A stretch of DNA of 64,000 bases from Alphaproteobacteria bacterium. GTDB lineage: Bacteria; Pseudomonadota; Alphaproteobacteria; Puniceispirillales; Puniceispirillaceae. Where the stretch lies: the NCBI GenBank assembly GCA_016780775.1, contig JADHLI010000008.1:23681-87680 (forward strand). Direction: 5' to 3'. The position numbers and the translations under genes are program-made. Each line of letters starts with the position of its first letter. Position 1 is the first letter of the stretch. The notes beneath the pieces were generated by a model. The model saw only the letters and a program-made list of their open reading frames with translations. It was not told where the DNA came from and made no database searches. Shown here piece by piece: positions 57,384 through 64,000 of this stretch.

Positions 57384-58136
57384 ATGCGGATAAAAAACGA
57401 AAATATACTGACCCTGATACCGGCCCGGATGCAGGCCACACGCCTTCCCGGCAAGCCGATGCTAGAGATAGCCGGCAAGCCAATGATCTGGCATGTCTGG
57501 AAACAGGCAATACGCGCCGAGCTTGGCCCTGTTTGTGTGGCAACCGATAGCGCTGATATCGCCGCTTGCATAGAAGATAGCGGCGGGCAGGCCATTTTAA
57601 CAGACCCTGCCCTTCCCTCTGGCTCAGACAGAATTTATCAGGCCTTGCAGCGGTCAGATAAATTTGCTGACACAGAAATGGTGATTAACCTGCAAGGGGA
57701 TTTGCCAGAGCTAGACCCAGCCCTGCTATATAAGCTGGCTGAACTCTTGGCTGAGGATAGATGGGATTTAACGACCCTTGTTGCCCCGATGAGTGATGCC
57801 GAAGCACAGAAGCCGCAAATTGTAAAAGCTGTGGTCAGTTTTCCAGAAGGGCCAGAAAAAACTGGACGCGCTTTATATTTCAGCCGTGCAAAGGTGCCGG
57901 ATGGAAATGCTGATTTCTATCATCATATCGGCCTTTATGGGTGGCGCGTTTCGGCTTTGGAAAAATTTGTCTCCCTACCACCTTCACCTCTGGAGCAATC
58001 TGAAAAACTAGAACAGCTTCGGGCGCTAGAGGCAGGGATGTCTGTTGGTGTTGGCGTGGTTGATGATGCGCCTGGCGGGGTAGATACACCAGAAGATTTG
58101 GACGCCGTAAGGGAGCGTTGGCCGCAAAGCTTATGA
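57384..58136 (+). CDS. kdsB: 3-deoxy-manno-octulosonate cytidylyltransferase
   Basis: From ATG 57384: MRIKNENILTLIPARMQATRLPGKP..., VINLQGDLP, HIGLYGWR. The ORF-track start (57306) is probably an over-extension. Confidence 0.9.
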   Translation: MRIKNENILTLIPARMQATRLPGKPMLEIAGKPMIWHVWKQAIRAELGPVCVATDSADIAACIEDSGGQAILTDPALPSGSDRIYQALQRSDKFADTEMVINLQGDLPELDPALLYKLAELLAEDRWDLTTLVAPMSDAEAQKPQIVKAVVSFPEGPEKTGRALYFSRAKVPDGNADFYHHIGLYGWRVSALEKFVSLPPSPLEQSEKLEQLRALEAGMSVGVGVVDDAPGGVDTPEDLDAVRERWPQSL

Positions 58137-58270
58137 AACAAGATATAGCCCGCCCCTGTCCTGCAGGGCTATACATTATTTGCAATACGGTTCTATTTCA
58201 GGCAAAAAAGAGCCGGAAAAATAACCTGCAACGCGCAAGAATTTGATTTGGAAATAGAGAGATAACCATC

Positions 58271-59125
58271 ATGGCTATGGATAAAAAAATAGCTTTCCAA
58301 GGTGTACCAGGCGCTTATTCACATCTGGCCTGTAGTTCTGTAATGCCAAAAGCGCAAACACTGGCATCTAGCAGCTTTTCTGAAATGGTTTTAAGCGTGC
58401 AAAGGGGAGAGGCTGATTTTGCTATGGTGCCAGTGGAAAATTCCACTGCTGGGCGGGTTGCTGATATTCATCACATTCTGCCAGAATCAGGCTTATTCAT
58501 CATTGGGGAACATTACCAGCCCGTTCATCATAAGCTGCTGGCCATAAGAGGCGCACAACTTAACGATATCACCGAAGTGCATAGCCATGAGCAAGGTCTG
58601 GCACAATGCCGTAAATCACTGGAAAAATTAGGCATAAAGCCTGTTATCCATGCCGACACAGCTGGGGCAGCCAAAGATATTGCCCTGCTAGGCGATAAAA
58701 ATGTGGGCGCCATTGCCTCTTCTCTGGCAGCAGATATTTACGATCTGGATATTCTAGAGGCTAATATTCTGGACAGCAATTCCAACACAACCCGCTTTTT
58801 GGTGATGGCGCGTGAGGAAGATATTCCAGCAGACCCTAATTTGCCTGCAATTACAACGCTGATTTTTGAAGTACGATCAGTGCCTGCTGTGCTTTATAAA
58901 GCGCTGGGCGGTTTTGCCACGAACGGTATAAATCTGACCAAGCTTGAATCCTATATGAAAGGCGGGTCTATGCAGGCAGCGCAATTCTATATTGATTGTG
59001 AAGGGCATATAAATACAACAGCGATGGCGCGCGCACTCGAAGAGTTGAGATTTTATTGCAAGGATGGCGGCGTGCAGATTTTAGGCACCTATCCTGCCAG
59101 CCCAGCGCGCTATGCAAAAGCATAG
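58271..59125 (+). CDS. pheA: prephenate dehydratase
   Basis: IAFQGVPGAYSH, VPVENSTAGRV and TRFLV are present, with a C-terminal ACT domain. Confidence 0.9.
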   Translation: MAMDKKIAFQGVPGAYSHLACSSVMPKAQTLASSSFSEMVLSVQRGEADFAMVPVENSTAGRVADIHHILPESGLFIIGEHYQPVHHKLLAIRGAQLNDITEVHSHEQGLAQCRKSLEKLGIKPVIHADTAGAAKDIALLGDKNVGAIASSLAADIYDLDILEANILDSNSNTTRFLVMAREEDIPADPNLPAITTLIFEVRSVPAVLYKALGGFATNGINLTKLESYMKGGSMQAAQFYIDCEGHINTTAMARALEELRFYCKDGGVQILGTYPASPARYAKA

Positions 59126-59196
59126 AAAAGCCCAGCATAATACCTCCAATCTAGCTGAAAAAACTTGTCTCTCTTTTTAAGATAGCGCATACTCCG

Positions 59197-59296
59197 CGCC
59201 GGAAGGCTGGGTGGACGCTTATCTGCGCTTACCCTGGCGAGATCCGAAAGGAAGCAGCCAAAGCATAGTTTGAACGGGTCATCCAGTCTTTCATTT
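59197..59296 (+). ncRNA. ffs: signal recognition particle RNA (4.5S, small bacterial type)
   Basis: The conserved domain IV core is present: CCCTGGCGAGATCCGAAAGGAAGCAGCCAAAGC (compare E. coli CCAGGUCAGGUCCGGAAGGAAGCAGCCAAGGC). The ends pair (GGAAGGCTGG / CCAGTCTTTC with G-U pairs) and a T-run follows. The position upstream of dnaX is conserved. The boundaries are approximate. Confidence 0.8.
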
Positions 59297-59362
59297 TTCT
59301 CCGCTGAAACCATCTCAGATACACCGCTCTGCCAAAAACAGTTTTTTGGCGATAGGGACTAT

Positions 59363-59452
59363 TATGATTCTAGCGGGTATGATTCTAGCGGGTATAATTC
59401 CAGCAAGTATAATTCTAGCCGGTATAATTATAGCTGGTATAATTATAGCGGG
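59363..59452. repeat. 6 x 15-bp tandem repeat (TATRATTMTAGCNGG)
   Basis: Read directly. Copies 1-2 are identical (TATGATTCTAGCGGG). Copies 3-6 each carry TATAAT. It lies between ffs and dnaX, 50-140 bp upstream of the dnaX ATG. Confidence 0.95.
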
Positions 59453-59502
59453 GGCTGTCATAATTCTGGTCATAGCCGGCACAAAATGCTAGTTTCAAAC
59501 CC

Positions 59503-61353
59503 ATGAGTGACAATCAGATAACAGCCTATCGCGTGCTGGCGCGAAAATACCGCCCCGATAGTTTTGAGACGCTAATCGGTCAGGATGCGCTGGTGCGAAC
59601 CCTGAGCAATGCGCTGGAGCTTGGCCGACTTGCGCATGCTTTTGTGCTGACGGGGGTGCGCGGCATTGGCAAGACGTCTACAGCACGTATTCTAGCAAGA
59701 GGGCTAAATTGTGAAGGCGCAGATGGCACAGGCGAGCCAACCTTAAACCCATGCGGGGTTTGCCGGCATTGCCGTGATATTGCCGATAGCCGTCATATTG
59801 ATGTTCTGGAAATGGATGCTGCCAGTAATACTGGCGTCGATGATGTGCGTGAAATTATTGACGGTGCAAATTACCGCCCCGTTTCTGCGCGCTTTAAGAT
59901 ATATATCATTGATGAGGTGCATATGCTCTCGCGCAATGCGTTTAACGCGTTGCTAAAAACGCTAGAAGAGCCACCTGACAATGTGAAATTTATTTTTGCG
60001 ACCACAGAAATTCGTAAAGTGCCAGTTACCATTCTCTCGCGGTGCCAGCGCTTCGACTTGCGCCGTGTCCCCAATGAAATGATGACCACACATCTTGCAA
60101 ATATTGCAAAAGCCGAAGGTATTAGCGTTGAAGCAGGTGCGCTTACCCAAATTTCCAGAGCGTCGGAAGGCTCTGTACGTGATGCGCTATCGCTACTAGA
60201 TCAAGCCGCCGCAATGGGTGCAGACAAGATAGATGAAGCGGCTATTATTACGATGCTAGGCCAGGCTGAAACGGGCCAAGTCATTGCTATATTGGAAGCA
60301 TGTTTTGCGGGCCAAACAGCAGAGGCAGTTAATTTGTTCCTTTCGGCAGATGCAGGCGGCGCAGAGGCTGAAACGATACTCGCAGATATGCTTGACCTGC
60401 TGCATCAGGCCAGCCTGATAGCCGCTGGGGCAAGCCCTAGTGATTTGCCAGAAGACCAGCTAAGCCAGCTTCGCGTTATTGCTGATATGGGAATTGCCAA
60501 GCTAGGCAGAGCGTGGCAAGTGATGCTAAATGGCCACCGTGAGCTAAAAGATGCACCTAGCCCCAAGGCAGCTGCACAAATGGTTCTGATAAGGCTTGCC
60601 CATCTAGCCCCTATGCCGACCCCAGCAGATATCATCAAAACGCTGCAAGAGGATAAAACGCCCGCTAGCCCTGCTGGATCGCCATCACCGCAGGCATGGC
60701 AGCCGCAATCAACATCTCCGCAGGCATCATCATCTTCAACACAGGCATCGCAGCCGCAATCAACATCTCCGCAGGCAACATCTCCGCAGGCAACATCTCC
60801 GCAGGCAACATCTCCGCAGGCATCTTCAACCCTGCCAGCAGACGCGGCAAGCTCCACAGAAAATACTGAACAGCTAGTGGCAGCTACGCCGCCTGCCCCT
60901 AGCGCAAATATAGCGGCTGAAAGTACGGCGCCATCCTTTGCTAGCCTGCGCGATATTGCTGATTATTTCGAAGCACAGAACGAGAAGATACTTAACGCAC
61001 GTATCAAGCGACATTTACGTGTTGTCAGTTTTGGCCAACATAAGCTTGAAGTGGTGGTGACCGGCGACAATGCTGAAGATCTACCCCAGCAATTAGCCAA
61101 GTCTTTGTCCGCAGCAACCGGAGCGCCATGGTTGGTTTCAGTCAGTGAAACAGGGGGCGGACAAACCCTTGCCGAAGAAGATGTAAAAACGCAAAATAAA
61201 GAAAGGAACGCGGCAGCAGAGCTACCTTTGGTAGCAAGCGTTCTAGAGGTCTTTGAAGGGGCAAAGATTACCGCAATAAGACAAAATGGTGAAGGCGAGG
61301 ATGCGCCACAAGCCCCGGAAAATATAGAGGCAGCCAGAGAAACATCTAACTAG
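59503..61353 (+). CDS. dnaX: DNA polymerase III subunit gamma/tau
   Basis: LARKYRP, GVRGIGKTSTARI, the zinc module NCEG...CGVCRHC, IIDEVHML and SRCQRF are present. Confidence 0.95.
   Translation: MSDNQITAYRVLARKYRPDSFETLIGQDALVRTLSNALELGRLAHAFVLTGVRGIGKTSTARILARGLNCEGADGTGEPTLNPCGVCRHCRDIADSRHIDVLEMDAASNTGVDDVREIIDGANYRPVSARFKIYIIDEVHMLSRNAFNALLKTLEEPPDNVKFIFATTEIRKVPVTILSRCQRFDLRRVPNEMMTTHLANIAKAEGISVEAGALTQISRASEGSVRDALSLLDQAAAMGADKIDEAAIITMLGQAETGQVIAILEACFAGQTAEAVNLFLSADAGGAEAETILADMLDLLHQASLIAAGASPSDLPEDQLSQLRVIADMGIAKLGRAWQVMLNGHRELKDAPSPKAAAQMVLIRLAHLAPMPTPADIIKTLQEDKTPASPAGSPSPQAWQPQSTSPQASSSSTQASQPQSTSPQATSPQATSPQATSPQASSTLPADAASSTENTEQLVAATPPAPSANIAAESTAPSFASLRDIADYFEAQNEKILNARIKRHLRVVSFGQHKLEVVVTGDNAEDLPQQLAKSLSAATGAPWLVSVSETGGGQTLAEEDVKTQNKERNAAAELPLVASVLEVFEGAKITAIRQNGEGEDAPQAPENIEAARETSN
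60699..60830 (+). repeat. in-frame tandem repeats in the dnaX linker (4 perfect 15-bp copies ACATCTCCGCAGGCA plus a nested 28-bp duplication)
   Basis: Perfect copies lie at 60763-60822, with an extra copy at 60712-60726. They encode QPQSTSPQA...TSPQATSPQATSPQATSPQASS. Confidence 0.95.
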
Positions 61354-61367
61354 GTAAGGTGGATAAA

Positions 61368-61691
61368 ATGCGCAATATTGGCGGCATGATGAAACGCGTT
61401 CAAGAAATGCAGGAAAAGATGCAGGAAATGACAGCTGAGATGGAAGCCAGCCGTTTTGATTGTTCGGTTGGCGGCGGTGTCGTCATAGCCGTGGTATCTG
61501 GAAAGGGGGAGCTTGTAGATCTTGCGATTAGCCCAGCAGCGCTAGACCCAGATGATACTGAAACCTTATCTGATCTGATAAAATTAGCCGTAAATAATGC
61601 CAGAGCAGAGGCTGAGGCAAAGAAGGCTGAAGCGTTAAAAGAACTTACTGGTGGGTTGCCGCTACCCCCCGGCATGTCACTGCCCTTTTAG
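61368..61691 (+). CDS. ybaB: YbaB/EbfC family nucleoid-associated protein
   Basis: MRNIGGMMKRVQEMQEKMQEM..., about 107 aa. AAGGTGG lies 5 nt upstream of ATG 61368. Confidence 0.9.
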   Translation: MRNIGGMMKRVQEMQEKMQEMTAEMEASRFDCSVGGGVVIAVVSGKGELVDLAISPAALDPDDTETLSDLIKLAVNNARAEAEAKKAEALKELTGGLPLPPGMSLPF

Positions 61692-61739
61692 CTATTAAAA
61701 TAACACCCCTCTAATTATAAAGGCTTTGACGTAGAATAG

Positions 61740-62348
61740 ATGCCAGAGACCCCTCTTGATCAGCTCATAAAGCGGTTATCCCGCCTACCAGGTCTTGGCC
61801 CGCGCTCAGCCCAGCGAACGGCTTTGTTTTTACTCAAGAACAGAGACCAAATGATGTTGCCACTTGCCGAAGAAATGAACCATGTTGCCCGCCATGTCCG
61901 CACCTGTGTGGAGTGCGGCAATTTAGATATGCAAGATAAATGCAGTATCTGCCTTGATGGGCGACGCGACCATAGCCGGCTTTGTGTAGTGGAGGATGTG
62001 TCTGATTTATGGGCTATAGAGCGGGCAGGGATTTTTTCTGGCCTTTATCATGTGCTTGGCGGCACCTTAAGCGCACTCGATGGGCGCGGCCCAGCAGAAC
62101 TTGGTATTGACCGCCTAGTTGCGCGCGCACATGCCTTGCAAACATCACAAGATAGCCAGCCAGAAGTTATCCTTGCCACCTCAGCAACAGTAGATGGCCA
62201 AACTACCGCACATTATATTGCCGAACGGCTGGAAATAGCAGGCTTGAAAATAACCAGACTTGCACATGGGGTGCCCGTGGGCGGGGAGCTAAATTATCTA
62301 GATGATGGCACACTTGCCCAAGCGATGAAGGCACGCACAAGCCTCTAG
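61740..62348 (+). CDS. recR: recombination protein RecR
   Basis: LPGLGPRSAQR (HhH), the Cys4 zinc finger C..CGN...C.IC and a Toprim domain are present. Confidence 0.95.
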   Translation: MPETPLDQLIKRLSRLPGLGPRSAQRTALFLLKNRDQMMLPLAEEMNHVARHVRTCVECGNLDMQDKCSICLDGRRDHSRLCVVEDVSDLWAIERAGIFSGLYHVLGGTLSALDGRGPAELGIDRLVARAHALQTSQDSQPEVILATSATVDGQTTAHYIAERLEIAGLKITRLAHGVPVGGELNYLDDGTLAQAMKARTSL

Positions 62349-62352
62349 CCCC

Positions 62353-63498
62353 TCACTCTATTTCCGAAGATTTTTCATTCGCCGCAGACAGCAAATCTTG
62401 CGGGGCAGCAACCACTGGTTTCACCTCTGCAGTCTCAACGTCATAATCCTCAATACGCCGGCCACGATTACTGATTTTGCCTGTGGAGGTTTTAATTTCC
62501 TGAACATCTCTTTGGGCTAGCTCGAAATGCTTGCCAAGGTTATCCACCCGCTTATCTAGACGGGTTACATCACCAACCAGCATGCCGATTTCTTTCTGAA
62601 TAAGGGCGGTTTGCTCGCGCATTCGTGCATCTTTTAAAATAGCGCGCACTGTGTTCAAGGTTGCCATCATCGTGGTTGGCGAAACTATCCAGACCCGAGC
62701 ATCATAAGATTTTTCGACCACATCCAGCATATTTGCGTGCAATTCGGCATAAACCGCTTCTGAGGGCAAAAACATACAAGCCGATTCGGCTGTTTCACCA
62801 GCGATAATGTAACGCTCCTGAATATCTTTAACATGTTTTAAAACATCCATACCTAGCTGTTTGCGAGCAGCCTTTCGTGCCCCCTCATCATCTGCATTTT
62901 GCATCCGGTGCCATGCTTCTAGCGGAAATTTTGCATCAATGATGATATCCCCTGGCGGGTTAGGCAATTTCAACAAGCAATCTGCACGCCGCCCATTAGA
63001 TAGCTGTGCCTGAAATTCATAGGCGTTAGGCGGCAATACATTACGTACCAGATTTTCAAGCTGAACCTCACCAAACGCCCCTCTGTCGGTTTTGTTGGCT
63101 AGAATGTTGTGAAGCTGGGTAACCTGCCCTGTGAGCTCGCCAATTTTGGCGTTAGCTGCATCAATAACAGCTAGGCGTGCAGCCAGATCATTAAGGTTTT
63201 TATGTGTCTTTTCAGTTTGTTCCTGCAGGGAATTTCCCATCCTTGCACTCATTCCAGCTAGAGATTCCTCTAGCCGTTTTGACAGGGCTGCCATCTGTTC
63301 AACATGGCCTTGCTGTTGTTGTTGGGCGGCTTGAGTAAGCTGGGTAAGCTGGCCACGTAATTCGATAAGCTCTTGCGGCGGCTTGGCATCTGCTGCTGGG
63401 GTGTGCCGGCGCAAGACAAAAACCAGCCCCGCACCTACGAGCAAAGCCACAGCTGCAATAATCAATAATAAAGAGATGATAGAAAGTTCTATATCCAT
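62353..63498 (-). CDS. rmuC: DNA recombination protein RmuC
   Basis: 381 aa with an N-terminal TM segment and a coiled coil. The RmuC core is RADCLLKLP...IIIDAKFPLE...FLPSEAVY. Confidence 0.88.
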   Translation of the reverse strand: MDIELSIISLLLIIAAVALLVGAGLVFVLRRHTPAADAKPPQELIELRGQLTQLTQAAQQQQQGHVEQMAALSKRLEESLAGMSARMGNSLQEQTEKTHKNLNDLAARLAVIDAANAKIGELTGQVTQLHNILANKTDRGAFGEVQLENLVRNVLPPNAYEFQAQLSNGRRADCLLKLPNPPGDIIIDAKFPLEAWHRMQNADDEGARKAARKQLGMDVLKHVKDIQERYIIAGETAESACMFLPSEAVYAELHANMLDVVEKSYDARVWIVSPTTMMATLNTVRAILKDARMREQTALIQKEIGMLVGDVTRLDKRVDNLGKHFELAQRDVQEIKTSTGKISNRGRRIEDYDVETAEVKPVVAAPQDLLSAANEKSSEIE

Positions 63499-63700
63499 TC
63501 CTTTTCCCTAGCATTGTTTTTAAAAAACTTCATCTGCAAATTAGCTTATCCGCAAATTAACCAGGCAAGAAAACCTACCAGATTTGCTGTTCTAGATAAT
63601 TCATATGGCAACAGATCTTGCGAAAATATGGCAGTTTATCCATACTCCGCACCAGAATAGCTGAAGACGTAAATAAAGAAGCAAAGTTAGGGTTATTAAG

Positions 63701-64000
63701 ATGGCAATATTGCCGATTATTTTAACGCCAGAACCTGTTTTGCGGGAAACAGCAAAACCTGTAGATACGATAACAGATGAGCTGCTGAGCTTGCTAGATG
63801 ATATGGCTGATACGATGTATGACGCACCAGGCATAGGACTGGCAGCCAATCAAATTGGCCGGCTAGAGCGTGTCATTGTTATGGATTGCGCCAAGGATGG
63901 CAGCGCGCCTGAATTGTGGAAAATGATTAATCCAGAGATTATCGCTTCATCTGCTGAGACAGCCAAGTTAGAGGAGGGGTGTTTATCTATCCCCGGCCAT
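63701..64000 (+). CDS. def: peptide deformylase (N-terminal 100 codons; runs off the window)
   Basis: Manual translation from ATG 63701 gives MAILPIILTPEPVLRETAKPV...GIGLAANQIG...EGCLSIPG (motifs 1 and 2 of Def). It is not in the ORF track because there is no stop within the window. Confidence 0.9.
   Translation, partial: MAILPIILTPEPVLRETAKPVDTITDELLSLLDDMADTMYDAPGIGLAANQIGRLERVIVMDCAKDGSAPELWKMINPEIIASSAETAKLEEGCLSIPGH

Noticed and set aside
11934-59452. Possibility that the short direct-repeat arrays are CRISPR-like
   Set aside because: The units are head-to-tail with no spacers. The arrays are very short (3-6 units of 12-18 bp), and no cas genes are present.
59270-59506. 78-aa ORF translating the 15-bp repeat array as YDSSG/YNSSK repeats, with its stop overlapping the dnaX ATG (ATGA)
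   Set aside because: It starts with TTG inside the SRP RNA gene and has no RBS. Its composition simply reflects the DNA repeat. The ATGA overlap is probably coincidental. I treat it as non-coding and have noted it under the repeat finding.
59503-61353. Programmed -1 frameshift site in dnaX (gamma subunit production)
   Set aside because: I scanned for an A-AAA-AAG-type heptamer and found none. A-runs are at most five long and are followed by C or G in the wrong context.
1-64000. Mobile elements, prophage or defence islands
   Set aside because: I recognised no transposase, integrase, phage, restriction-modification or toxin-antitoxin signatures. Gene content is housekeeping or metabolic throughout.

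Overview
The window looks like a gene-dense, mostly core chromosomal segment of a marine-type alphaproteobacterium. That assignment is an inference from gene content and synteny: dddP, sigmaE-ChrR, hemC-hemD-X-hemY, and SRP RNA-dnaX-ybaB-recR. I support about 60 intact CDS, including trxB (partial), an M23 peptidase, fba/fbp, rlmN, argG, sodB, gabD, hpt, a LIV-type ABC operon, gcvTHP, tsaD, gpsA, kdsB, pheA, dnaX, recR, rmuC and def (partial). Two RNA elements can be read directly from the sequence. One is a cobalamin riboswitch upstream of a TonB-dependent receptor. The other is the 4.5S/SRP RNA upstream of dnaX. I found no rRNA, tRNA, CRISPR, transposase or integrase. The most unusual locus is at about 26.8-30.6 kb. 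It resembles the Pseudomonas SiaABCD partner-switch system, but the SiaB-like kinase and SiaC-like phosphoprotein are fused in one ORF. The SiaA-like HAMP-PAS-PP2C phosphatase is convergent and paired with a periplasmic protein gene. No diguanylate cyclase is present, and an orphan 106-aa ORF sits in the output position. Other points worth a second look are a B12 riboswitch-receptor-small membrane protein module, a DMSP lyase (dddP)/acrylyl-CoA reductase (acuI) neighbourhood, and a lipid A-modification-like gene triad. A recurring set of 12-18 bp tandem repeats also sits in promoters, intercistronic gaps and the 5' end of tsaD. All functional calls come from motif recognition by eye and need profile or BLAST confirmation.
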